Of a stretch of 52,623 nucleotides of DNA, positions 34,116 to 43,485 are shown piece after piece. The DNA is from a virus (Duplodnaviria > Caudoviricetes). The notes beneath the pieces are model-generated. The model searched no databases and was not told where the DNA came from. It saw nothing but the letters and a program-made list of their open reading frames with translations. The stretch is from positions 1-52,623 of IMG/VR virus record IMGVR_UViG_3300044730_000687; one strand, 5' to 3'. The position numbers were made by a program, and so were the translations under genes. Numbering within the stretch: position 1 is the stretch's first letter; each line of letters starts with the position of its first letter.

Positions 34116-37100
34116 GGTGCGTTAAGTGTCCCGATGGTCGCCGTCCCGATGGTCGCGTTCGGCGGAGTCGACGCAACTCCGTTCGTGACTGCGAATGTGA
34201 TTCCAGAAAGCTCTCCGGTGTTCCCATACTTGTCTCGCGCCTGCACATCTAGCCGATAGACTCCGTTGACCAGATTCGTGAACTCCGCGACTGTACCCTC
34301 GGCCCAGTTTTCCCATGGAGCAGATGGGCCGAGCCGGAATCGGCTCAACACGTTGCTCCTGTAGAGCGGAGTGTTCATCACCGTGTCGTCTAACGCGGTC
34401 CATTTGATGAACGTGTCAGTCAGCCCTTCTCCGTTCAGTGCGGACAGCGGGTACGAGTCCATAGTGATGACTGGCGGATTTGTGTCAGCCCGCGACGCGA
34501 CAACCGCATTGGTCAGCAGAGCAAACATAGCGGCAGGACTGATGGTGCGGCTGACGAGGTACGTGGCCACGCGCCCAATCGGGATGGCTGCGCTGTTGCT
34601 TGTCAGCAGATTCCCGAATACGTCAAGCTGGCCGAAGTTCGTGCTGCCCAGCGTCAAGCTTCGGTTCGTTTTGTCTTGGGTCCAGATGATTGCGGTAGTG
34701 AGATTGCTTTTGCCGAAAACGTAGCAGTCGGTTTTCGGTATGTTGGTCACCGAGGCAGTGTACGAAGGCGGGTCTATCAGCCTCTTGAATTGGAGCATCG
34801 CAGCAAGCTGTGGCCGCGCTTCATCGTAGAAATCCCACACAGGGGAGCTGGTGTCGATTGCTCCGCCGCGAATGTAGGAGCTGTATCGGGCGTCGTAGTA
34901 GTACACCCCCGCAAACCCATGACCCAAGCTGCGAGCCAGCACCGCCAAGGCACGCATCGTCGTGTTGTAACCAGCCCTGTCCATAACCTCGTGCCGAAGC
35001 ATTTCGTACGTCCACGCAGCTCCGGTCTGAATTCCGACATTGTATGTCCGGCAAGGACCGTTGTCGTAGACGCCGGATTCCGAGTTGTACACAGGTTTCC
35101 CGTAGTTGATCCCAAGTTGCTGCCACTGCTGATACCTGGGTCGATCCGTAACGTCGTCATTCATCAACATGACGACGTTGCCGCCTGCCGGGTAGAGATG
35201 GCACGACAGCCCGTGGACGTTGGAGAGTGTGTTCGACGGAAGGATGCCGAGAAACCCGTGAGCGACGTTCGTGTCAGCCATGCCGCCGCATGTCACGTAC
35301 AGCGCCCCGGGATAGGCTGCGTGTAGCGCATTCTCTTCTGTTATGGCGATGTCGCGCAGATTCGCTGCGGTCAGGGTCGAGTGTGGCTCATTCCGCATCT
35401 CATAAAATGCGATTCGGTCAGTGTACCGGCCGGCCACTCGATTAATGTAATCCCAAAGAAGGTTTGTGTGGACCATCGCGCCGCTGGAGACGGCGAATGC
35501 AGGTATCTCAGCATTCGTCCACAAAGTCATCCAGATGTCCTGTTCGTCGTGAGCGCCAACTCGCCAGTCGGTTGACTCGAACGTGAAATTGTTGTCTGTC
35601 GCCTCGATGCTCGTCCATCGCGCATACCCGCCAGGGGACAGAGTTCGGGTCCCGCGAAATCCAAGGACCTTGTTTGTCGCCACCGCGTCTTCGGCAGTCT
35701 GGCTGTGAATGTGGACAATCCCGTTGGTTGCGTCGCTCGACCAGACCTTCGCGAACATAGTCTCGTCCTGTTCTGGATGAGACGTTGACCTGCTCACGAC
35801 TCGGTAGTGGCCGAATTGAATCCACGGAGGAAAAGTGATTGTGTTGGTGGCCTTTCCGGGTGGCACTGACCCATTGAACTCGCCGCTGAAAATGGGCACT
35901 CCGAACTGATGGTTCGTCTGCCCGTAGGCGATGTAAGACCAGTTGAAATTTGAGGAACTCGAACCGTAGTTGTACGTGACGAGATCCATCGACACGGTCT
36001 CGTTGTCGAACCACAGATTGCCATTTCTCGGTGTGGTGAGAACAAACTCTACCCCGTGCTTTGGAGCCCACGGTGTGGCGGTTGCCCCCTCCTCAAGTTG
36101 GACGTCGTCGATGTAAAATGAGGTAAGCGTGACCGATTCGATCGTGAGCTGCCACTCAGCCGTGGGGCGGTCGCTTGCCCAAAAATTCGTCTGGAACCGC
36201 ACCCAGTTCGTGGTCCCCGGTGCGGTCCAATTCCATGAGTACCCCACGTTCGTTGTGCTGGCCGGAACGTAGCGATTCGTCCAAGCCAATGACGTCATCC
36301 TCGCAGTCACCGTTGACGCCAAGGCTTTGGCGTAAAAGCTCAACGTGTACTGACGAGTTCCAGGTCGCAGCTTGATAGGGCTGTTGTAGATCGCGAACCG
36401 AGCTTTACTGTCATTGATCCATGCAATCGTTGATCCAGTCACCGCGTTGTTGGTCGTTGCTACATTCGACTTCAAGAACGTAGGCTTGAAGAGATTGCTG
36501 TCGGTCTGCGAGTTTCTCGCATACATCCAGCGTGGCTGCCAACCCAGCTCAAACGAAGCGTTGCCAAGTTTGTTTCCATGGATGGCGTTGGTCTGAACTG
36601 GAGGCACCGAGTAATCGTAGAATGCGTCCATGTAGGCCGCCGTGCCGATCGGGTCAGTCGTTGCCGGTGCGGCGACGTTGGTGTTTGACGATAGCGCGAA
36701 CGCCTCAAGATAGAAGTCGTGGGCTTGGCTGGGTGCAGCGAGCCACGTAAACCGTACCTGGGCGTTGGTGAACTCCGTGGTCGCGACGTAATTGGTTCCG
36801 ACGTAGCCGGTGGCCTGGCTGAAATCTATGTTCGCCCAAGCGTTTGTTCCCAAGCGAAACTCCGCCACCCCCAGTGTGTTCGGTGGCTGAAAGTTTCGTG
36901 TCCAGGCTTTTAGGAAGGCCCTGTACGTCCCCGGCCCGCCCGACGGCCCGTCGATCGTTGCGGTTACATTCGTGGTCGCAGATGTGGTCCGGAAATACCA
37001 CGAGCCATACGTGAGGTTGACGTCCGACTTGGACCAGTTTGTGTTCTGCTGAGATAGGTCAAAGTCATCCTTCGTCCAGATCCGCAAGCCTGGAATCTGG

Positions 37101-37147
37101 GCCAGACATGAGACCGATGCGAACAGGATTGCAAGAAATAGCTTCAT
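34112..37147 (-). CDS. Signal-peptide-bearing clan GH-A glycoside hydrolase with CBM-like and Ig-like domains
   Basis: MKLFLAILFASVSCLA/Q; NASFE..YTLSFYAK..IDDVQLEEG (CBM4/9-like); YEMRNEP and PVYNSESG catalytic-like motifs. Confidence 0.82.
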   Translation of the reverse strand: MKLFLAILFASVSCLAQIPGLRIWTKDDFDLSQQNTNWSKSDVNLTYGSWYFRTTSATTNVTATIDGPSGGPGTYRAFLKAWTRNFQPPNTLGVAEFRLGTNAWANIDFSQATGYVGTNYVATTEFTNAQVRFTWLAAPSQAHDFYLEAFALSSNTNVAAPATTDPIGTAAYMDAFYDYSVPPVQTNAIHGNKLGNASFELGWQPRWMYARNSQTDSNLFKPTFLKSNVATTNNAVTGSTIAWINDSKARFAIYNSPIKLRPGTRQYTLSFYAKALASTVTARMTSLAWTNRYVPASTTNVGYSWNWTAPGTTNWVRFQTNFWASDRPTAEWQLTIESVTLTSFYIDDVQLEEGATATPWAPKHGVEFVLTTPRNGNLWFDNETVSMDLVTYNYGSSSSNFNWSYIAYGQTNHQFGVPIFSGEFNGSVPPGKATNTITFPPWIQFGHYRVVSRSTSHPEQDETMFAKVWSSDATNGIVHIHSQTAEDAVATNKVLGFRGTRTLSPGGYARWTSIEATDNNFTFESTDWRVGAHDEQDIWMTLWTNAEIPAFAVSSGAMVHTNLLWDYINRVAGRYTDRIAFYEMRNEPHSTLTAANLRDIAITEENALHAAYPGALYVTCGGMADTNVAHGFLGILPSNTLSNVHGLSCHLYPAGGNVVMLMNDDVTDRPRYQQWQQLGINYGKPVYNSESGVYDNGPCRTYNVGIQTGAAWTYEMLRHEVMDRAGYNTTMRALAVLARSLGHGFAGVYYYDARYSSYIRGGAIDTSSPVWDFYDEARPQLAAMLQFKRLIDPPSYTASVTNIPKTDCYVFGKSNLTTAIIWTQDKTNRSLTLGSTNFGQLDVFGNLLTSNSAAIPIGRVATYLVSRTISPAAMFALLTNAVVASRADTNPPVITMDSYPLSALNGEGLTDTFIKWTALDDTVMNTPLYRSNVLSRFRLGPSAPWENWAEGTVAEFTNLVNGVYRLDVQARDKYGNTGELSGITFAVTNGVASTPPNATIGTATIGTLNAP

Positions 37148-40100
37148 TTGTACTGGACAGCAATCTCGTTGAGAGTCGTATCCAGCGATGTCGAACCCGA
37201 AATGACCGCATTCCGCACCGACGCGCCAGCCGCCAAGCCCCAGGGAATATTCGATGAGTTCGTTACAACCGCCACATCATTGTGGTAGCCGATCATATTT
37301 GTGCCGTTAACATGGACACCAAGCTTGTACCACGTGCTTGGTGTGTACGTGATTCCGGTGTCCACCCACGTAACGCCCACGCTGTTCGAGACGCAGCCAA
37401 ACGCCCACGTCACCGCACCGCTGGCGATGTTCGTTTGGTGAATCCAGCCTGCAAACGTCGCTGGACGATTTGTGTCGCCCGTAGCCAGAGAATTGAATCC
37501 AACCTGGAGTGAGTAAATATTGGTCAGTACATTGCCAGATGTTTTGTCCGGCGTACGAATATCAGCGCCGAAGAACAACTGGTTAGTGCTGTTCTGCGTT
37601 GGGATTGCAAACGCACGATTGTCATACCAGCCAAAACACGGCGCTTGATTCGTGTTCTGCGCCCGCATGATGCGAATGCCTTGCCGGCCCGCACCGTTAG
37701 TCGCGCTGGTGTATTGGAACGATCCGCCATTGTTGGCACCGCTCGATCCCATATCACCGGATGTGACCGCCGTATTCAGGTTGAACAAATCATCAACGAA
37801 TAACTGTGATCCACCGATGATGCCTGTCACGAACATCTGAGGCGCGACACTTTCGAGTCGTTCATACACAGCACGCTCAGTCGCGACGTTAGTGCTGCTT
37901 TCCCAGCTTGGCCCGTACGGGTTGTACGAAACGATAAAGTTCGTAACCACGAGGCTGCTCATGATCACGTCTGCAAACGTGGCAGTGCCCGTGAAGGTCG
38001 GCGATGCGATGGTCGAGTACGTTGCGGCGGCGTCGTTGGAGCGAAGGATTGAGGATGGGATTCGGAGAGCGTCAATCGTTCCGGTGAGCAACGTTGCATC
38101 AACCGCCGTTATGTTGGCCGCGCTTGTTCCGTTCGTTCGAACGAAGCTGATGGAGGCCGAGTTGACTAGGTTGGAAACTGCGTTCGTCGCGCTCCCGATT
38201 GTGATGTAACCGGAACCTCCGCCTCCGCTTCCGCTCGCCGTAATCATGATCTTCTTATTCGAAGCGTCGTAGGCGAGACTAATGTTGTTTGACGAAACGA
38301 TTGAGTTCGTGAGCGCAGCCCACTGAACATCAGCAAAGTCGCTGATCGTCGAAGCAGTCTGCGTTCCCGTGTGATTTGCCCTGGAAATCAATGCTTGATA
38401 GGCTGCCGTCGTTAGCTTGTTCGTCCCCAAGCTGCTTGCAACAACCGAGTAGGTATAGTTCGATCCGCTTGTATTCCCCTCGATTTCCGATCCGTCGAGA
38501 AGGTTTAGCGTCGTCTTTTGAACTCCTTCGACCCACAGGGCCGTTCCGTTCGTTGGGCCGCCTCCTCCGCCTCCCGTAATCCCCATCGCGTTGTAAAGGT
38601 TTGCCAGCGTCATGCCGATACCTTCGCGAACTCCGGTTGATGGGTCGGCGGCGAATCCGTAGACGTGCGTCAGTGTGCCGGTGGAAGCCAGCACAGACAG
38701 AGGGCGCTCGAAGTAAATCCCGTTGTTCGTCCCGAAGTGCGCGAGGTTGTTTGCTCCCTTCTGGATCGTCAGCATCGCGTCCGCGTTTGCCTTCAAGACG
38801 AAAGCCTGCGTTGATCCGATTGCCCCTCCGGTAATCAGTCCGTTGAAGTTTGAGAGGACGTTTCCGAGCTTCACGGCTCCAGTTAACTCAGAGAAGCCAG
38901 CCACGTTCAGCCCGTTCGTGATGCTCAGCGAACCGTAAAGCGTGCCGCCGTAGTCCGGCAGGTACGGGTACACGTATCGCGTCCAGGCTGAATTGCGGTA
39001 GGTGAACGTGTCCTCTGTGCCAGCGCGAATCACTGTGTTGATGCCAGTGAACGTGACGGTGTTGGTGCCGGTGTTTCGGATCGTCAGCGTCGTGCCTGGG
39101 TACGTAAACCCGCCAACGCTGAACGTCATGTTGCTGGATCCTGTGATCTCCACCCGACTCGGCAGCAGGTCGCCGGGAATTGAAAGGTTTGTCGTCGCGC
39201 CCGAGACCGTGAAGTTGGTGGTGATAACCGAAAGCGCCGGCTGACTCTGCGTCCAAAGCTTAATCGGGACATTCGCGGGAAGCTCGTAGTCGCTGGCAAT
39301 GTCGGTCGGCGCGGAGTGGATCTCCCAATCGCGGACCAAGGAATTGGTCAGGCTCAAAGCCTTACCACTGTCCGATGTGATGGCGTTGTCCCGCCACCGG
39401 AACCCATAGAGCGTGGTGCCATTCGTGTCACGCAAAGCCCATGTCCCGCCCGTAAAGTCCTGGTAGAAGTAATTGCGGGTGACCGACAGAGCGCTGTGCT
39501 GGCCCGGTCCAAGGGCGATCGGGTTCTGAGTGAATACCTCAAAGTAATTGTGGTCGATGCTGTTGTTGATTTGACCTGAACCAACAACGCCTTCCGGATA
39601 AATTCCGTAGCGCAGACTCTGAAAAACATTCGCTGTGAAGTCGTGGTTTGCCACGCCCCCTTTCCAACGAATACCGATCGCATTGGTAAATCCTGGCGAC
39701 TCAAACTTGTTCCGAAAGATTGAATTTGCTGTCGCTGAAACACCATTAAGATCCAGCCCGATGTCAGAGTTGTTTATGAATGTGTTGAAGGTGATCAGAT
39801 GTCCGTAGTTCTGATTGCCAGTCAGCAACACGCCAACGCCGTTCGCCCTGTAGAAGTCATTTCCAACGATCTTGAACTCCGTCGAATTGTTGATGGTCAG
39901 GATGTTTGTCGCGGTGTTGTTCGCGTCGAACCAAAGATTTTCGATGGTGACGTGCCGCATCGTGTGAAGCGTGAACATCGTCGATGCTGACGTGCCGCGA
40001 ATGATGGACCGAAGCCCCGGCTGGCCTCGCAACGCCAATCCACCAACGAGCCCGGTTCCCGTGAAGCTTACGCTCGAAACCAGAATCGTCCCAACCGGGA

Positions 40101-40503
40101 ACTCAAGCGTCGGGACGTTGTTGGAGTAACAGTAGTTGATCGCGGCTTGCACTCCTGCCGTTCCGTCTGTCGATCCGTCGCTCGCAACTCCAAACCATTC
40201 GGCGCGTTGAGGAATAGCAAGCCTGTCAGCCGAGACCCACTTACCTGAAACTGATCTGTTCGTTAGGTAGTGAACACCGTCGTGCGACTGTGTTGCGGAT
40301 GGATCGTTCCGAAATGTTCGCGGTTGGCTGAATGGGACGGTTGCGCTGTAATTCCTGACTTGAATCTCCTCGCCAACAACGGGGCGTCTGGAGGTCAAGT
40401 CGGCAATCGTCGCGACGCTGTTAACTGGATTCATCTGCTGGCCAAAAGCCGCGATTGAAACGCACGCGCACAGCAGGCTAAGGAGTAGTGTCTGGATTCT
40501 CAT
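37144..40503 (-). CDS. Signal-peptide-bearing tail spike/fibre with a pectin-lyase-like beta-helix
   Basis: MRIQTLLLSLLCACVSIAAFG/Q; WFGVASDGSTDGTAGVQAAIN..LEFPVGT; fibre motifs RANHTGTQTASTISDF and ASPTFTGT. Confidence 0.85.
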   Translation of the reverse strand: MRIQTLLLSLLCACVSIAAFGQQMNPVNSVATIADLTSRRPVVGEEIQVRNYSATVPFSQPRTFRNDPSATQSHDGVHYLTNRSVSGKWVSADRLAIPQRAEWFGVASDGSTDGTAGVQAAINYCYSNNVPTLEFPVGTILVSSVSFTGTGLVGGLALRGQPGLRSIIRGTSASTMFTLHTMRHVTIENLWFDANNTATNILTINNSTEFKIVGNDFYRANGVGVLLTGNQNYGHLITFNTFINNSDIGLDLNGVSATANSIFRNKFESPGFTNAIGIRWKGGVANHDFTANVFQSLRYGIYPEGVVGSGQINNSIDHNYFEVFTQNPIALGPGQHSALSVTRNYFYQDFTGGTWALRDTNGTTLYGFRWRDNAITSDSGKALSLTNSLVRDWEIHSAPTDIASDYELPANVPIKLWTQSQPALSVITTNFTVSGATTNLSIPGDLLPSRVEITGSSNMTFSVGGFTYPGTTLTIRNTGTNTVTFTGINTVIRAGTEDTFTYRNSAWTRYVYPYLPDYGGTLYGSLSITNGLNVAGFSELTGAVKLGNVLSNFNGLITGGAIGSTQAFVLKANADAMLTIQKGANNLAHFGTNNGIYFERPLSVLASTGTLTHVYGFAADPSTGVREGIGMTLANLYNAMGITGGGGGGPTNGTALWVEGVQKTTLNLLDGSEIEGNTSGSNYTYSVVASSLGTNKLTTAAYQALISRANHTGTQTASTISDFADVQWAALTNSIVSSNNISLAYDASNKKIMITASGSGGGGSGYITIGSATNAVSNLVNSASISFVRTNGTSAANITAVDATLLTGTIDALRIPSSILRSNDAAATYSTIASPTFTGTATFADVIMSSLVVTNFIVSYNPYGPSWESSTNVATERAVYERLESVAPQMFVTGIIGGSQLFVDDLFNLNTAVTSGDMGSSGANNGGSFQYTSATNGAGRQGIRIMRAQNTNQAPCFGWYDNRAFAIPTQNSTNQLFFGADIRTPDKTSGNVLTNIYSLQVGFNSLATGDTNRPATFAGWIHQTNIASGAVTWAFGCVSNSVGVTWVDTGITYTPSTWYKLGVHVNGTNMIGYHNDVAVVTNSSNIPWGLAAGASVRNAVISGSTSLDTTLNEIAVQYK

Positions 40504-40991
40504 TGTCGTCGCGTGTAGACCAATCCTGCCGCGTTCACGATGTAGTTGTCCCCATCGTCGGTCCCGGTGTCACCCTTGTTCTCCCACCAGCCGTAATCCT
40601 CGTTTGTTTCGGACTCGCGCACCCAGATTAGGTCGTACGTTTTACGGTTTAGTCGGACCTCTGCGACTGTTTCGAAATATCCAATCACAGCATCTGCCTC
40701 CGTTACGGTTGTGAGAATGTCTTCCAATACCGCATCTTCATCTGGCATCGCCATGTATGCCACGTTTCGCACTGCACCAACTCGGCACTCGAATCGGTAC
40801 AGTCCAGGCACAAGATAAAATCCTGCCGGCACAATACCGCCAGCGCCAGTCGTGAACCACAGCTCTTGCCCCATTACGACGCCATTGGTCGTTTTGTGCG
40901 GGTAGTACAACCTCTGCAACAACACTTCCTTGCCAACGAGAGCCGCCTCTTGCTGGTCCAGAACATGCCCTGACAGTAGGTACTTTGCCAT
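40500..40991 (-). CDS. Putative spike anchor/adapter protein
   Basis: Transthyretin-like N-terminus; C-terminal FETVAEVR...TDDGDNYIVNAAG..Y.R resembling tailspike N-terminal domains. Confidence 0.6.
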   Translation of the reverse strand: MAKYLLSGHVLDQQEAALVGKEVLLQRLYYPHKTTNGVVMGQELWFTTGAGGIVPAGFYLVPGLYRFECRVGAVRNVAYMAMPDEDAVLEDILTTVTEADAVIGYFETVAEVRLNRKTYDLIWVRESETNEDYGWWENKGDTGTDDGDNYIVNAAGLVYTRRQ

Positions 40992-40994
40992 GCG

Positions 40995-41585
40995 TCACGC
41001 CTTCTTCAGTCGCCAGTCTTTGTAGTAGTCCGCAAGTGCAATTCTGAACCGCTTCACGATGCTGGCCTTTTCCGGAATGCTTCGGGGCCATGGAGCTTGA
41101 TTCACTCCTTTGGACAGTAGGTAGTATTTCACAAGGCTACGTCCCTTCTTGCCTGCAAGGAATGCTTCCCCACGCACCCGCAGAATGAAAAGCTTTATGC
41201 CGAGTTGCTTCTCCAAGTCTCGCGCTCTTGTGCCATGCGCGTCCGGATGCGTCGGGATCGTCAAGGCCCTGGCTCGCACCGGAACAATCGGTCCGCCATT
41301 GATCTTCTGACGAATGCGCGTGTCCCGCACCATTACGGTCACGACGCCGTTTTTGATCTTGGGCTGGGCTTCGACCGAGTTCGAAATCTGCCGCCAGAAG
41401 TGAGTCCTGATGCTCCCCGCGCTGTAGAACGAATTCGGCTCGGCCGCGTCCTTCCGATTCCAGAACAGCTTGAGCATCGCAATGACCGCTTGCCCGGCCC
41501 TGCGGAGCGCAGCGGTTCTCCGTTGCGGACTCGCCATGTCGCGAAGCCGTTCCGTGACCTTGTTCGGTTTGACGTGAAGCTTCAT
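40995..41585 (-). CDS. Mu gpG-like virion morphogenesis/tail completion protein
   Basis: Basic; GGPIVPVRARALTIP motif. Confidence 0.7.
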   Translation of the reverse strand: MKLHVKPNKVTERLRDMASPQRRTAALRRAGQAVIAMLKLFWNRKDAAEPNSFYSAGSIRTHFWRQISNSVEAQPKIKNGVVTVMVRDTRIRQKINGGPIVPVRARALTIPTHPDAHGTRARDLEKQLGIKLFILRVRGEAFLAGKKGRSLVKYYLLSKGVNQAPWPRSIPEKASIVKRFRIALADYYKDWRLKKA

Positions 41586-42355
41586 TTCATCACGCCGCGA
41601 ATCACGCCACGCGCAATCTCGTAACCGGGTCCCAAGTCCTTCAACAACTGTTGCGCCAATTTCTCGTCCTTCATCACGTTCGACTGCGGAGGTTCCATCG
41701 GCGGAATGCGCCTTGCCGATTGGGTTGCTGGGAAGCGAAGTCCAAGCTTCTCGCCTCGCGCACGCGCCATTCGTCGAACGCTCATTCCAGAGTTGTAATC
41801 GAACGGTGGGTAAGGCGTCCCGAACGCACTGATCGTTTTCCAAATCTTGTCGTTCACCGGAGCCACCATCTTGCCCTGGCGCAAAGCACGCCCAGCTTCC
41901 TGCCATCGCGTAGGCCAATCCCTCGGTTCCTGCCGCAATTCCTTTCGGTACATTTCCCAGAACGGATACTCGTCTAGCGCCTTTTGCGCGTCCACGAACT
42001 GACCGTATCCACGCGCCATGTCCACGTTCGTTCGCACAATCAAATCCAGTCGCGCCGTGCTCGTCAGGTCTTGGATCGTGCCTTCCTTACCTTTCGGTGC
42101 CTTGTACCGCGAACGCTCCACCGTCTCGCGCAACTTCTCGCGTGCCGCGAACGGAGAAATTTTCTTGTTCAACACGCCAAGCGTTACATCTCGGATCGCT
42201 TCGAGGATCTTGCCATTGCTGACTTTTGCGCTGAACACGGCCTGTTGCCGGATGCTCGTTCGTATCTCGCCAAGTTCTTGCGATGAAAGCTTCGTCTTCA
42301 GCAGCCCGACTGCTTCCATCTTCTTGACTGCAACTTGGAGCGTTCGGCTTGCCAT
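41582..42355 (-). CDS. Mu gpF/SPP1 gp7-like head morphogenesis protein
   Basis: AVFSAKV, RLDLIVRTNV..ARGYGQ, PYPPFDYNS. Confidence 0.85.
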   Translation of the reverse strand: MASRTLQVAVKKMEAVGLLKTKLSSQELGEIRTSIRQQAVFSAKVSNGKILEAIRDVTLGVLNKKISPFAAREKLRETVERSRYKAPKGKEGTIQDLTSTARLDLIVRTNVDMARGYGQFVDAQKALDEYPFWEMYRKELRQEPRDWPTRWQEAGRALRQGKMVAPVNDKIWKTISAFGTPYPPFDYNSGMSVRRMARARGEKLGLRFPATQSARRIPPMEPPQSNVMKDEKLAQQLLKDLGPGYEIARGVIRGVMK

Positions 42356-42357
42356 AC

Positions 42358-42843
42358 TCAGATTGCGCTTCCTTCCTGATCGGCTCGCGTCATCTCGGCC
42401 ACTTCGCTCGTCGCCTCGTTGCTGTACTCCATCGGGTACACCGGCCCGTCGTCGTCCTCCGGATTGTCGCTTACAGGAATCTCTGGCCCTTTGCCTTCCG
42501 CGATGTCGCGCAACGTGCGCTCCGCCTGTTCCCACGTCGCCTTTCGGACACCGCTCGCGTCCATCACTTCCCCAAAGCTTCGCCCCATGATGCGCCAGCA
42601 AATGATTGCTAGGGCCACTTCCTTCATGCTCGCCGGCAGTGTCCCGGCCGGTCCCATGCTGTTGGAGTTTCGCTTGTAGGCCGCGATGTATCCACGCACG
42701 TACTCGACAACGTTCGTCGTGATGCCGGCCACAGGGTCCACCTCGGTCCCGTACTTTGCCGCGTTTCGGTACGCCTCAAGCTCGCGCCCGGCCAAAACGG
42801 TGCGGATGTCGGCTTCGCTAATCGTTGTCCAAGTCGCTGCCAT
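42358..42843 (-). CDS. DUF1320 / Mu gp36-like head-tail adaptor
   Basis: VRGYI...LPASMKEVALAI...A.R.L.DIAEGK. Confidence 0.8.
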   Translation of the reverse strand: MAATWTTISEADIRTVLAGRELEAYRNAAKYGTEVDPVAGITTNVVEYVRGYIAAYKRNSNSMGPAGTLPASMKEVALAIICWRIMGRSFGEVMDASGVRKATWEQAERTLRDIAEGKGPEIPVSDNPEDDDGPVYPMEYSNEATSEVAEMTRADQEGSAI

Positions 42844-42864
42844 CGTGTGTCCGTTCGTTTTAAC

Positions 42865-42897
42865 AAAAATGGGGCGACACCCTACGGCATCGCCCCA
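42865..42897 (-). terminator. Rho-independent terminator after the capsid block
   Basis: TGGGGCGA...TCGCCCCA plus TTTTT. Confidence 0.8.
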
Positions 42898-42937
42898 CAA
42901 CCCTATCCCAACCCACAGCTATCTCAGGCGAAGCGCG

Positions 42938-43441
42938 TCACTGGATTGTCGGACCGACAAGAGTCTGCCACGGCGGCTTTGCCGAAATTGTGACCGTGAT
43001 GTTCGTCGCGATGTTCGTCGCTGCGTTGCCGTATCGGTTGAACAGAAGGTAACGAGCACTTCCGACGTTGATGTTGGTGCACCAAGTGCGAAGCAAGGCT
43101 CCATCAATCGAGATACTCAACGTGGTGAAGGCCGTGGTCTCGAACGTGGTTCCGTCGATGCTTCGATGAATCGGAATCGTCAACGCTGCCGATGCGTTTG
43201 TGGAAACGTTCCGTGCGCTGATCTGGACGAAAAGATCGTCCTGCTTCCGAACATCCACGATTTCCGTATTGGTCGCCGTGGTACTGGCCGCAATGCTCGT
43301 CGGCACGTTGACCAGCGGTGCCGTGGTGCTCTGCGAGAGCGACGTGGTGGGAGCCTGAGCCATGACGGCCATCGGCAACACAAGCGCCAACACGAAAGCC
43401 CATGCCCCCGTGAACGCCATCGAAAGTTTGCGAGTGCTCAT
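42938..43441 (-). CDS. Signal-peptide-bearing capsid-decoration-like protein
   Basis: MSTRKLSMAFTGAWAFVLALVLPMAVMA/Q; SIDGTTF..ARYL jelly-roll-like pattern; lies before the capsid-block terminator. Confidence 0.7.
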   Translation of the reverse strand: MSTRKLSMAFTGAWAFVLALVLPMAVMAQAPTTSLSQSTTAPLVNVPTSIAASTTATNTEIVDVRKQDDLFVQISARNVSTNASAALTIPIHRSIDGTTFETTAFTTLSISIDGALLRTWCTNINVGSARYLLFNRYGNAATNIATNITVTISAKPPWQTLVGPTIQ

Positions 43442-43485
43442 AGGTCGTTCTTTGCTGTCGTTTCGGTGATTGTTTCGGCGTTTGC

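Noticed and set aside
25137-40503. Diversity-generating retroelement or invertible tail-fibre switch
   Set aside because: No reverse transcriptase, invertase or template/variable repeat pair was observed.
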